Shown here piece after piece: positions 29,694 to 40,647 of a DNA stretch of 64,000 nt. This DNA is from Nemertoderma westbladi (taxonomy: Eukaryota > Animalia > Xenacoelomorpha). Position numbers and translations under genes: made by a program. The stretch spans positions 1-64,000 of the forward strand of contig JAUCBJ010001555.1 of the NCBI GenBank assembly GCA_032718475.1, in the 5' to 3' direction. Below the pieces are notes generated by a model. It was not told the DNA's origin and searched no databases. It saw nothing but the letters and a program-made list of their open reading frames with translations. How positions within the stretch are numbered: the first letter of the stretch is position 1; the number at the start of each line of letters is the position of its first letter.

Positions 29694-31943
29694 ATCGGAC
29701 GAACTACCAATTAAAATTTTTTTTACAAAGTTTAAGTTGACTCGATATGAAACTGTTTCGAAAATTTCTACAATTTTGCTCCGATTTAAAGAGGGTTGGG
29801 AAAGAAGGTTAAACTCATGCATGCAATATGTAAAATAGACTGTAATGCCTGAACTGACCATAATTACATTGGGAAACTTAAACGAAAACATGTAAAACGC
29901 CACAACGAACATTATTTATGGAGAGTGTTAGAGTTTTTACTGACAGTGTTGGTGGTGGGCTTAAAATTTGAATGTAAATAATGGTAATTGGTAAATAAAA
30001 TGTATCGATTTACAGTTATATGCGGTCTTATATAATGGCTATAAACGTTGTGGAATAACACAACACTGTATCGACAATGGCCACTTATTCGACGAATATA
30101 ACGTTTTTAATATAAAATAATAATATAATACGAATATAACAGATTTGGCAACTCACGAAACTATTCAAATACGAACTAATTTATAGACATATTTTTATAA
30201 TAATTTATTTTACCAGGAATAAAACGACATTAAAAATTGTACTTTCTTTAATGAGTGACACTTATATACTTATATGAACTTACATTAATATTTTCCACAC
30301 TCACTGTTCTGTACACTTGTAATTTTTGAAAAAGACACTTACTCTGCTATAAACAGTACAATAATTCCACACTTATTGTAACATGAGAAAACCTACCAAA
30401 TCCAATGATACATTTATCAGTTTGCGGTGGTGGTCAATTTCAAAAAGGTCAGAGTATCATATTCTGTATCACTACCGGTCTAAATACTACAGTGTCAAGT
30501 TGTTCCAAACAGTATTCCAAACCGTATGAGTCAAAAATCAGCTCCCTACTGCACGAGAATTTAACTCGCAGAAATAAGCTGTTTCCTTACTAAAAATTGT
30601 ATTAGTTCAACTCAGAGCAGAGGACCCCATGTAACCGGAATTTTCAATTTTACATTTAAATTTTTACAAAAGTTTTATAAAGTGACTTTTACGAAATTGT
30701 TGCCTTCGTTTCGTTGCCATTTTTCCCATCAATAGTGATTTATTTTTTATATATTTGAAAGCTTGCATTGTGAGGATTCCAAATATGTATTAATGTCTAA
30801 ATTTCGTTGGTAAACAGATGAGATATGGGCGTTCTAAGATTGCAAGAAGTATCTTTCATTATAATATACCAGTTATTTATGTATATGTGTAGCTATGCAT
30901 ACATAAATATAATAATATATTATAAATAGGATAAATAAATAGGATTTTTATCATAAAAATGATAAAAATAATATCACGTTCTAGAATGTTTGTATTTATA
31001 TTAATTATAATAAATGACTTCCAGCGAATGAATTTATCACAATCTTTGAACGCCAGTATTATATATCAGCTGTTTTTCAACAAAACTCAAAATAAATTTA
31101 TATTTGGAATCCTTACAACTCAAGCTTTCTAATAATGAGGAATGGTCGTGATGCAATGAGGGCGGCGATATCGCAAACTTTAAACGTCTATAAATTCAAA
31201 AAAGAAAATTCTACGTATCTCCATGTTAAATAAAGTATGATAAAGATTGTATAAAAATAAGGTGGGGTGTGGGTTAGGGATGTCCCTTCTTATCTAAAAT
31301 GACAGGTGTAATATATTATTATAATAAGCCTTTGTTGTAAGTAATGGGACTGTGTGGCAGACTTGAAAATGAAAGTTTTTATTATACATTACCGGTTGTA
31401 TTCTCTGTACAGTTACTTTACTGCATTGCAGTACCGGTACGCCTATTGGCACCATTATAGTTTGTTTATTTAAGTAGAACTACCAGTTGGTTAAAACGCC
31501 ATTGATACAAACCAATAACAAACAACCTAACAGATAACTGAATACATAATATTATTAAGCTAATTGCTGGTTTTATTAGTTTATTTTTATGTTACATTAT
31601 TACTGGAACCAAACCGCACCTAAAACTATCCGACTACAGGGACTATGTTGTAATGGTCTATATTCTGATACCCCTATTAGACTAATTTAAATTTCGTTCC
31701 CATGGTACCCGATATTGGCAGGAGGCAGTGAAGGTAATGTTCAGTTAATCCGCATCATATCGGTAAGTAAATTATTAATTAAATAAAATTGAATTAAATA
31801 ATAATAATTAATGTAATTAATTCATTTTAAGTGTTATAATGATTATTACTTACTATGGTACGTGGTACGGTACTGAATTAGACCCTAGGCCCAATTAATT
31901 AATTTAACGTGTTTTAATAAAATAGGTCTATTTAATTAATTAC

Positions 31944-32816
31944 CTGTAATAATATGCCGGTTATCTTTACAGAAATCGACAGCACCGATGCGGCTCCCCG
32001 TTCCTTCAATCCGGTTGATAACCTCCCCAGTTACAGAATTTAGAATATAAATCAACCCGGTGTCCACCCCAACAGCAGCGATTCTGGATCCGTTCGGACT
32101 CAATACGATCCTCATGACCTTAGGAGTTGCTTCCTGTCTCCACAAGGTCTCCCCTGTACCAACACCGAAGCGATGGATCCCTCCTTCCCAATCTACCGAC
32201 ACCACTGACTCCCCATCCGGACCCCAACACAGACTCCAGACCACCCCACTGTGCCCCCGGTATTGATACAACATCTCCCGGGTTCCGGTCTCCCAAACTG
32301 TTACTGTTCCATCATCCGAACAGCTGGCCAACCGGGACCCGTTCGAGTCGAACCGAATACAGAGAACCGACCCAGAATGCCCCACCCAGTTCGTAACCTT
32401 ATATTTCCCCCCAGTTATTGATATAATAGAAATCCTCCCGTCGGACCCACAAGTTGCAATGACGTCCCGGTTGGAGGGATTTATATCTATTCCCAACCTC
32501 CATGTACCCTCCCCCCCACCAACCACTAACTCCTCCCCCGGTACCTCCACTACGACCCTCCAACCGGTCGCTTCCCGCTCCCAGACAGTCACCAACCCCC
32601 CCACCAAGGTTCCCGAGACAACGCGGTTCCCGTCCGTAGAAACCGCGACTCTCCAGTAACCGATATAACCTCCGGATCGCGGTAGATCTTCCTTTTCGTA
32701 GAGAGTTGTTGAGTTTATGATACAGGGGAGGTTGTAAGACACAAAGACAACCTCCTCGGTACCCGGGATCATTTTGAGTTCCTCGATCGGCGCCATTGTT
32801 AGGGGGATTATTGAAT
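31944..32816 (-). CDS. WD40 beta-propeller exon of the Roco gene (ATG at 32796 in good Kozak context)
   Basis: GHSGSVLCIRFDSNGSRLASCSDDGTVTVWE and five further WD-like repeats. Acceptor TTTTATCTTTTAG| at 32817; phase-1 donor ACAG|GTAATT at 31943. Splicing to 27313 completes the last blade, HIITG|DNGGTITVID. Confidence 0.85.
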
Positions 32817-33630
32817 CTAAAAGATAAAATAAAGTAAATTGCCGCTAAATTGCTAAAGTACTAATAAGTATTACAGCGCTAGTAATTGTTATTAGATAGT
32901 CAGCGTAGCCAGTAATTATTTACTAGCTGTTTTTATTTATTCGGTTTGTATAAACGATCAATATAATATTTAATTTATTTTTAATGTTCCAGTAAAACAA
33001 AGTGTTCTAGAACCTTAATTGATAACGAACTTGTTCTAGGAGATTAAAAAGTAGCGACAACTAGTTAGTTTAAATAAAATGTTCTAGAACAAAATAAATA
33101 TGTTCTAGAACATGAATATTGAACATCCAGTATTTGTGCTACATACCGTAGTTAGTATAAGGTTTGGTATTTAATAAATATACGGAAGAAAACCTTTTCA
33201 AACTAAAATTTATTTAGTTTATTTTGCAGGAATTAGATGGATTAATTGGATGGAATTAGTTTGCAATTAGATAATTAGGAATTCATATAAATTAATTTAG
33301 AAATTCCAAACTTGTTTTCCTCGGTGGGCCAAATTTTGGTGCGGCACCAAATTTTGAAATCCTTTCAATAGTTCAATCGCTTGTGACAACTTATTTCTCG
33401 CGTTTTACAGGTTTATGGTTTATTTTAATACAAACCTTGTTTTTTTTCTCGGGAAAAAAAAGTTTTTATTATTAAATATTTGTTCTAGAACATAATTTTT
33501 TCAATAACAAATAGCTGACATTTTTCTTGAACATTTAAAAAAATATTATCAAAAATTAATTAGTGTTCATTTCGATGGTTTATTTGATTCAATTGCCGAC
33601 TTGTTTTATTTTATTTGAACATAATATTAT

Positions 33631-34168
33631 TGTGACGGGATCCAGGAGGGATCCCGATTTATCCGATGTGGTATTTAGTCCACGCGTCCCCGCCGTGTAT
33701 AAGAGTGGAATAAAGATAACTGAGTTCTGAAGTTCGGTGTATAATAATAGGTTATAGGATATAGATATATTGTGAATTATACGGTAGGCGGGATACGGTA
33801 ACTAAAGTCCCGTGATCCCCTAACTAAACTAATTGACTGTACCCTACGCTAGCACTGCTGCACTGAGATAACTGAATCACTGATTAATAGGTTATTGGTT
33901 ATATTGCACAGTGGCCTTACTGCTACTCAATCGATGCCATTCCCCCCTCTGATTGGTTAATACCCTTGTTGGCGCCCCGTGGAGTATTCCCGTTCACTCC
34001 ACCTATTTCCTCTGGGTTAGGGGTTTGGCCCCTGACCCTCTATTGTGTGCTTCCTTCCCACTCTTATTGGGATGGCACGAGTTGGTTAATTGCCCAATCT
34101 CGTGGCTCCCAATATTGCTTATCGGCTTACAACTTTATGGGGTGTTGGCGGGATTGAATAAGCTAACA
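33631..34168 (-). repeat. BEL 3' LTR (538 bp)
   Basis: Direct repeat of 50301-50838; adjacent to the polypurine tract. Confidence 0.95.
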
Positions 34169-34878
34169 CTCCCCCCCATGCTATCTTCCCGGTAAGAAGA
34201 TAGCATCAACCAAAAAGTGCGTTACAATCCCGCTGGATCCCGATCTAGTATCGGGTGTGGGGTGGAATTCTTTTCTCTAGGAGCCGGTTTTCCAGGCCGC
34301 CCCCTATGGGTATGATAACGCTACCCTGTGTGCCTGGCGTCTCATGTCGGGCCGATCGCGCTCACCTCTTCACACGACTTTTGTTTCCCCAACACTTTCG
34401 CCCTATCTCACCTTCACTCTCACCCTATCTCTCTCACATTCGGACCTCCCCGTCCCTTACTCAGCCTCTTATCCTCCCCCCCCCACACTCTAGAATCGCG
34501 TCCGCACTCTCTCTGCACTCCACTCTATCACTTCGATCCTCAACCTCACTTTGAGTGTTTTTATCTCTCCTGACGAACCTCCCCCCCCTCTCGTGCCGTC
34601 GCACTCAAGAAGTGTGAAATTGTCAGTTGTCTCGTCCATAGTGCCATAGTCAGTTATTCCCCCCAGTCCCACTAGCTAGTTGAGAAGGGTTGTATGACTA
34701 TAGTACTTACTCCAAACGTATGTATTTTACTGCTAATCACTACGTACGTACATACAAATTGCACTTATATGATTATTTGCATTAATTAAATTTGTACTTA
34801 ATAGTTCGTACGTTACATGCGGCGCCTTCCAGGCGCACCACTTCCCAGTCTCAGTCTTATTCCCTCGTCTCCGGGAAC

Positions 34879-36084
34879 TTATCTGTTCCTCCTCACGTCC
34901 TCTTCCCTGGCCCGTTTCTTGGTTATCACCGCTCCTCTGGCATCATCCGCTTTCTGCTTCCGGACCTTCGCTGCCACTTCCTTGCTGATCCCGGTCGTCG
35001 GCTCCTTGGGCGCTGGTGTTATTAAAGCCCGATACCGCTTCGCCGGTGGCCCCTCAGAATGGCCTGGTTGTCTCCCTCGTGTGGCGTCCCATAGGATCAT
35101 TTTCATTGCCTTTGGTACGTGTTCCGCCAAGAAATCCCTAAACTCCCTCCGGTTCTCTGGTGTCCACCTGTCGAGGTACCGTTGCGTATTCATAACTCCG
35201 GCGAACGATGCCGCCGTTGCTACTTCTTGATAGGTAAACGGTAACCTTCGCTTTATGATTTCCATGTGGGTCTCCTGGTTTATGAGGAAGAAACCCCACT
35301 TGAACTCTTGGGCCTTCATGCGCTGGCGCGTCATGGCCCCGACGTCGGCCCACTCCTCGAACCTCGTGAACTTCTCCTCGTCGCTCATCCAGTCGCACTC
35401 GCGTCCGTAGTGCCCCCGAAAGTGGCACTTTGGACATCGGTTATGCAACCGTGGACACGCCCCCATCCTGTGACTTGGTTCTCTACAGTAGAGACAAAAG
35501 GTTCCCCGTTGGAACCGGTATAGGCAGCTGCTTTCCCGATGGGTCTGTCTCCCACAGTAGTCGCAGCCGAGTACCAATGTCTCGCGTCCCACCTCGTCTT
35601 TCGTCCCAAGCGATCTCCGCGGTCTATGGAGTCGCTGGTAGGCGAACTTCTCTACGTTGCTCTCCCTGTTTACGTCTATCTCTCCGCCCCTCTCGGGCAT
35701 CGTCTCCCCGAATACTATCCGTGGTGCCGTTCCCGGTTGCTCGCCCAACCTGATGGTGCTCCCCGCGAAATCCATCGCCGGCTCCTCGTGCACCCAGGTC
35801 CGCTTGCCGGATCTGTTCCAGAAGGCCCTCGCCCCACTGGCCGTCACCACCCTTCCGCCAACCCAGTCCGTGTCCGAGTGGCCTATCCTCTCGATGGGCG
35901 GCATCTCTCCGAATTCGTCATCGTCGTCTTCCTCTTCCGGTAGTGTCTCCAATCCCGGTATCCCGATGGATCCACTATGTCCCTTCCCGCCTTGGCTCTC
36001 GCCCGTAGCTCTCCATCCCTCCAGCTCCCTTAGCTTCCTTGGCGGTTGGTCGCCCTCGGCGCCCGCTGGTATGGGTATCGTGTG
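34879..36084 (-). CDS. 3' half of the BEL cargo ORF: low-complexity linker and three CCHC zinc knuckles
   Basis: CDYCGRQTHRESSC, CLYCREPSHRMGAC and CPKCHFRGHYGREC (all C-x2-C-x4-H-x4-C). In frame with 38803-40135 once the Gypsy insert and one TSD are removed. Confidence 0.8.
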   Translation of the reverse strand, partial: HTIPIPAGAEGDQPPRKLRELEGWRATGESQGGKGHSGSIGIPGLETLPEEEDDDDEFGEMPPIERIGHSDTDWVGGRVVTASGARAFWNRSGKRTWVHEEPAMDFAGSTIRLGEQPGTAPRIVFGETMPERGGEIDVNRESNVEKFAYQRLHRPRRSLGTKDEVGRETLVLGCDYCGRQTHRESSCLYRFQRGTFCLYCREPSHRMGACPRLHNRCPKCHFRGHYGRECDWMSDEEKFTRFEEWADVGAMTRQRMKAQEFKWGFFLINQETHMEIIKRRLPFTYQEVATAASFAGVMNTQRYLDRWTPENRREFRDFLAEHVPKAMKMILWDATRGRQPGHSEGPPAKRYRALITPAPKEPTTGISKEVAAKVRKQKADDARGAVITKKRAREEDVRRNR

Positions 36085-36289
36085 TGTAGTGGTCAACGAA
36101 AGAATAATATGATAAAACGAAATATAATATTATTGCTGACTAACAGAATGAGATAACTGAATAAGCTGTACAGTATGAAGCAGTAGGACAGAGATGAAAA
36201 ATGTAAGTTTTGAATATCCCGCCAAAGTCTCTACCCTACATAACCCCCCCTCCAGCGTGCAAACGCGATCAGCCCGGAGAGAAGGTGGT

Positions 36290-37775
36290 CGGTGGGCGTC
36301 GGCGGCGGCCGAACCGGGAGAAATTGGCCGAGTCCGGGATCAGCGGCGGCGTGGACTAGCATGGTGGCGTTGGCCAGGGCCTCCTTGGCCGCAGCGAAGG
36401 CGGAGGAGCAGTCGGATGACCAGGTAAAGACCGACCCGGCGGCGCCGGAGGCGGCTGCATGGAGTGGGGCAAGCACTTCAGCGATTCCGGGGGCGAAACG
36501 GTGGTAGAAATTGACCATCCCGAGGAACCGTTGGAGGCCGGCCTTGTCCGTGGGCGTGGCGAACTCGGTGATGGCGGTTACCTTGGAGGCGAGGGGAGTT
36601 ACGCCGCGGGCGCTCACCGTGTGGCCGAGGTACTCGAGTTCGGGGAGGCCGAAACTACATTTCCTGCGTTGGACGACTAGGCCGTTGGCGACCAGGGCGC
36701 CGAAAACCTGTCACAAGTGCTCGGCGTGCTCCTCCTTCGTCTTGCTAGCCACCAAGATGTCGTCGAGGTAGACGAAGGCGCAGTCCAGGCCGCGGAGGAC
36801 GCCGTCCATCAGTCGCTGGAATGCCTGCGCCGCGTTCTTCAGGCCGAACGGCATCCGCAGGAATTCCCAGAGGCCGAAAGGGGTGATGATGGCCATCTTG
36901 GGGGTGTCCGCCGCCCGCATCGGGACCTGATGGTAGCCCCGGGCGAGGTCGATCTTGGAGAAGATCGTCGTGCCAGCCAAGCAGGCGTTGAAGTCCTGGA
37001 TGTGGGGGAGGGGGTATTGGTCGGCCACGGTGGCCGCGTTGAGGCGCCTGAAATCGCCGCATGGACGCCAACCGCCCCCGGGCTTCGGCGCAATGTGCAG
37101 GGCCGACGACCACGGGGAATTGGAGCGCCGGATGATGCCGAGTTCTTCCATTTTGGCGAACTCGGCCTTGGCGACGGTCAGTTTCTCTGGGTCTAGACGA
37201 CGAGCGCGAGCGTGAAGCGGGGGGCCTTCCATCACTATGTGGTGCTCCACCCCGTGGCGGTTGGCCACCCCGGGTTGGAACCGCGGGATGACGACCTCGG
37301 GGAACTCGTTGATGATGGCGTCAAAGGCGGAGATGGAGGCGACGTGAAGGCCGCTGACGCCGCTGTGGAAGGCGGCGGAGAAGGCTGGGATCACGTGGCC
37401 GTCGTCGAGGGAGATGAGGCGCCGGCTGCGGAGATCGATGGCGATGTTATGGGCGGCGAAGAAATCGGCTCCGAGGATGGCCCTGGGGACGGCGGCGATG
37501 GAGAACTCGAACCCGAAGTCCCGGGGGTGTGTTGTGCCAAAACGCATCCTGTGGGTGCGGTAGCCCCATGTAGAGATGGAGCTGCCGTTGGCCGCGATGA
37601 GGGGGGCGGTGGCCGGTCGCTTGCGGGCGGCGGCGTCGGCCGGGAGAACCGACACCTCCGCCCCACAGTCCACGAGGTAGACTATGCCTTGGTCGTCTCG
37701 CACCATGACAGTCTTCTTGGCTTGCCCCCGGGGAACGCCGACCGCCTGGGCTAGCGGCCGGCGTTGGCGTTTCCC
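36290..37775 (-). pseudogene. Gypsy pol (aspartic protease and RT), with an internal stop and truncated before RNase H
   Basis: LVDCGA protease; WRPCGDFRRLN, KIDLARGYHQ, MPFGLKNA and YLDD RT motifs; stop at ~36711; continues LQRFLGMVNFYHRF, then joins the PPT. Confidence 0.85.
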
Positions 37776-38587
37776 GACCTCGATGCGGGATGAGAACCGT
37801 CGGCCGGGCAGTCGATGGTGATGGGAACGGCCGAAGACGAAGGACACCTGCCGCGTTCGCAGCGGTGGGCTGCCGGACCGAAACGCCGGTGGTACCAGCA
37901 TGTGCCGCTCGGGTTGTCGGCGGTGTTGCGCTGCTGCTGTGGCTGCGTGGTGGAACGACGGCCGATGACCGAGACCCTGGCAGTGGGGACGGTAGAAGAG
38001 GAGCGGGCCTCCAAGATGCGGTCAGCGTCGACGGCGAGTGCGTTGAGGTCCGTTTGGTTCGACCCGGCGAGGACGCCCCGGACCTCGGCTGGCAGCTGGG
38101 CCAGGAAGATGGCCCGCAGGAGCGTTTCCGGGTCGGCATTGAGGCCTCTAATGTGCCGGAGGAGGCCGGTTGGCTTGAAGTCGCCGAGGCCGGCCAGCGA
38201 GAGAAGTTCCGCATCTTTGCTCGCCTGGGTGCGGCCGAAGGCCCTGCAGAGGGCGGTCTTGATGCCGTCGTACAGGTCGTTGGCCGGGGGGTTGATGATG
38301 TCGGACCGGACCTCTGCGGCGACGGCGTTGTCAAGGCACGCGATGATGTGGTTGTACTTGGTGCTGTCCACCGTGATCCCCTTGACATCGAATTGGGCCT
38401 CCACCTGCCGGAACCAAACCTCCGGGTCGGAAGTCCAGAACGGAGGTAGTTTGAGAGCGACCGCAGAGATGGCGGCTGGGGTAGCCAGGGCGGCTTTTGC
38501 GCCGGTGGGGTTGGCGGCCAAGGAGGCGGCCATGGCGGCAGCGGCGGCTTCGGCGAAGGCCTGATGTTCCTCGCGTGTAAGAGGCAT
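37751..38587 (-). CDS. gag: Gypsy gag (CsRn1-like)
   Basis: LKLPPFWTSDPEVWFRQVEAQF N-terminus; CWYHRRFGPAAHRC..C CHCC motif; ends just after the G GGA AAC slippery site. Confidence 0.88.
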   Translation of the reverse strand: MPLTREEHQAFAEAAAAAMAASLAANPTGAKAALATPAAISAVALKLPPFWTSDPEVWFRQVEAQFDVKGITVDSTKYNHIIACLDNAVAAEVRSDIINPPANDLYDGIKTALCRAFGRTQASKDAELLSLAGLGDFKPTGLLRHIRGLNADPETLLRAIFLAQLPAEVRGVLAGSNQTDLNALAVDADRILEARSSSTVPTARVSVIGRRSTTQPQQQRNTADNPSGTCWYHRRFGPAAHRCERGRCPSSSAVPITIDCPADGSHPASRSGNANAGR

Positions 38588-38802
38588 GAGGACGAAGTAG
38601 GCGGGGAAAATAATCAGAAAGGGAGTCTGAATCTCCGGGTCACCAATGTAGTGGTCAACGAAAGAATAATATGATAAAACGAAATATAATATTATTGCTG
38701 ACTAACAGAATGAGATAACTGAATAAGCTGTACAGTATGAAGCAGTAGGACAGAGATGAAAAATGTAAGTTTTGAATATCCCGCCAAAGTCTCTACCCTA
38801 CA

Positions 38803-40135
38803 TGTGCAACCCCGACGTCGACTGTTTCGGCGATCCCACCGTCCATCCCAATTCTCGCCCTAGAGACTCCCCCGAACTCCCTGACGAAGTCCAATGAAGT
38901 TTGTCTAGGCCCGCCTGTTCCTCGAAGCCGTAACTCTGTGCCCTGGCCTCCTCTTCCCTCTCCTCTGCTTCTATCCTCTCCCGTCTAGCGACTTCTTCCA
39001 GTCGCTTTGCTTCTCGTCTGTCCGCCTCTAGCTGCTCCCATCTCTGATATGGTGTATCTGTCTCCCCGTCTACCAGATGTCGGCTGTTGTAGTACACCGA
39101 CTCGCCCTTCAGCCCCGGGTGGTCTACCAGACCGTCAAAGGCCACTTTAAAGGCTCTCCTGTAGCTTAGGGGTGATCCCGATAACAGAAATGCCCCTGGT
39201 TCCCTTTCGATAACTACGGTCATGAATAAGTTAAGCAAACTTATCATCATCCAGTCCTCCTGCAGGATATATCGCTTCTGATATACCTTTATCGCTCCTC
39301 TGCGAAACTGATATACCTCCTGCTTTCCCGGTCTCGCTCCCCACTTCAGCGAGTTCGCTAGTTCTGCTCCGTATTCTTCCCTAAACTTCCCCCAATCCAT
39401 TGGTTTGTGGCATACGAGCCCCAATAATTGGCCCATCGCCACCGCCCCGCATTGACCTGTGTTTTCGACCACCCCCAACCCATCCGGTGCCGTCATAGCC
39501 ATAAAGACTTTCTGCATATCCAGGAGGTTGGTGGCGTCCGGACCGATGATCCTCTCCGCGTCCTCGCGAATCGCCGATCCCACTTTCGTCGTCGACTTCT
39601 CTCTTACTAAGACTTGTACCGCTTTCGGCAATCGGTCTAATTTCGGCCCGTCCTTCTTCCCATACGTCCCTAGGTCGAATAAGAAGATGTCCCAATTTGG
39701 CGCTGCCAAATGCAAGAGTATGGTCCTGGCCAACCCTGCCGTTCCTCGTCTCGAACCCGCTTCGTCTTCCACGGTTCCCTCGTCATCTAGGATCATATAT
39801 CCTCCTCTGTTGACGGACTCTATGAATCTTTTCCAGTCCTTCCTCGGCGATTCCCTCGGATACTTCGGAATCCCGAACTTCGCCTCGTCTCCTTTCACCA
39901 CGTAGTGGAAGTGTTGGAAGATCGCGTTGTCCAGCGACGGCGTCCCGTAGGTCCCGACCAACCGCTGTTCGTGCGCCTCCCGGAAGTGATCCTGCAGCGC
40001 TCGTGCCGCGTGACCCCTTTCCAACCTCTCGTAGTATCCTCTCGTCTTCTCCTCTGGGTGTCTTTCGGTGAAATCCACCAATATTTCTTTTCCTCCTGAC
40101 TCCGCCTTTCTCTTCCTGATCAGCTTACTCGCCAT
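38803..40135 (-). CDS. 5' half of the BEL cargo ORF: DEDDy (WRN/EXD2/Mut-7-like) 3'-5' exonuclease domain and coiled coil
   Basis: ExoI ILDDEG, LLHLAA..DIFLFDL, LPKAVQVLV...KVGSAIREDA (ExoII), NLLD, QKRYILQED (ExoIII-like); order and spacing resemble the WRN exonuclease. Confidence 0.65.
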
Positions 40136-40647
40136 TCCGAACACTACACTCGCTCACCTGCAGGGTGGTGCCTTACCAAGGCGCAATACAGATGAGTGAA
40201 GTATTTAAGATGTTTCGTACAGTTCGATAATGGCCTACTTTTCTACTTAACTGCGCCTTTCAAGCTTAATTTAATCTAATTAATTTCGGAGCTAGTAAAT
40301 CAGCCTAATTTACAATTTCCGTCCGTTACTTTTATTATGTTCTAGAACGACTTTCCTTGTGTTACCACTATTTTTCGATTTTAGCCCTATTCTATTTATT
40401 TATTTATTTTGCTTTGATTCTACTGTCCTACTACTTACTACTGCCTATGGATTTATTCTATTCTCTCTCTGATCCATATTCTGGCCTACTCAGTGGGCCT
40501 ATGCAGTACAGCAGTATGCGTCGTGTGGCCACACGATTTATCCAGCTGCACTCATATGCCCCCCTCTCGCTACTAACTCTACTTACTGCTAATTAATATC
40601 TATATCCTATTTACCCCTTTTATCTCTCGCTCTCTCTCTCTAACTAA

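Larger units (their letters stand above)
36085..38802 (-). mobile_element. Nested, internally deleted Gypsy LTR retrotransposon (CsRn1-like)
   Basis: 156-bp LTRs at 36085-36240 and 38647-38802 with no difference seen; 4-bp TSD TGTG; PBS TGGTGACCC (tRNA-Trp-like); PPT GGAGGGGGGG; CHCC gag motif. RNase H and integrase are absent. Confidence 0.92.

Noticed and set aside
33953-34672. Short ORFs in the BEL LTR and 3' region (also 50623-50859)
   Set aside because: Short, no recognisable motif; the duplication simply reflects the LTRs.
34879-40135. Cargo ORF as a retroviral env
   Set aside because: No signal peptide, fusion-protein cysteine pattern or C-terminal transmembrane anchor; it has nuclease-like motifs and CCHC knuckles instead.
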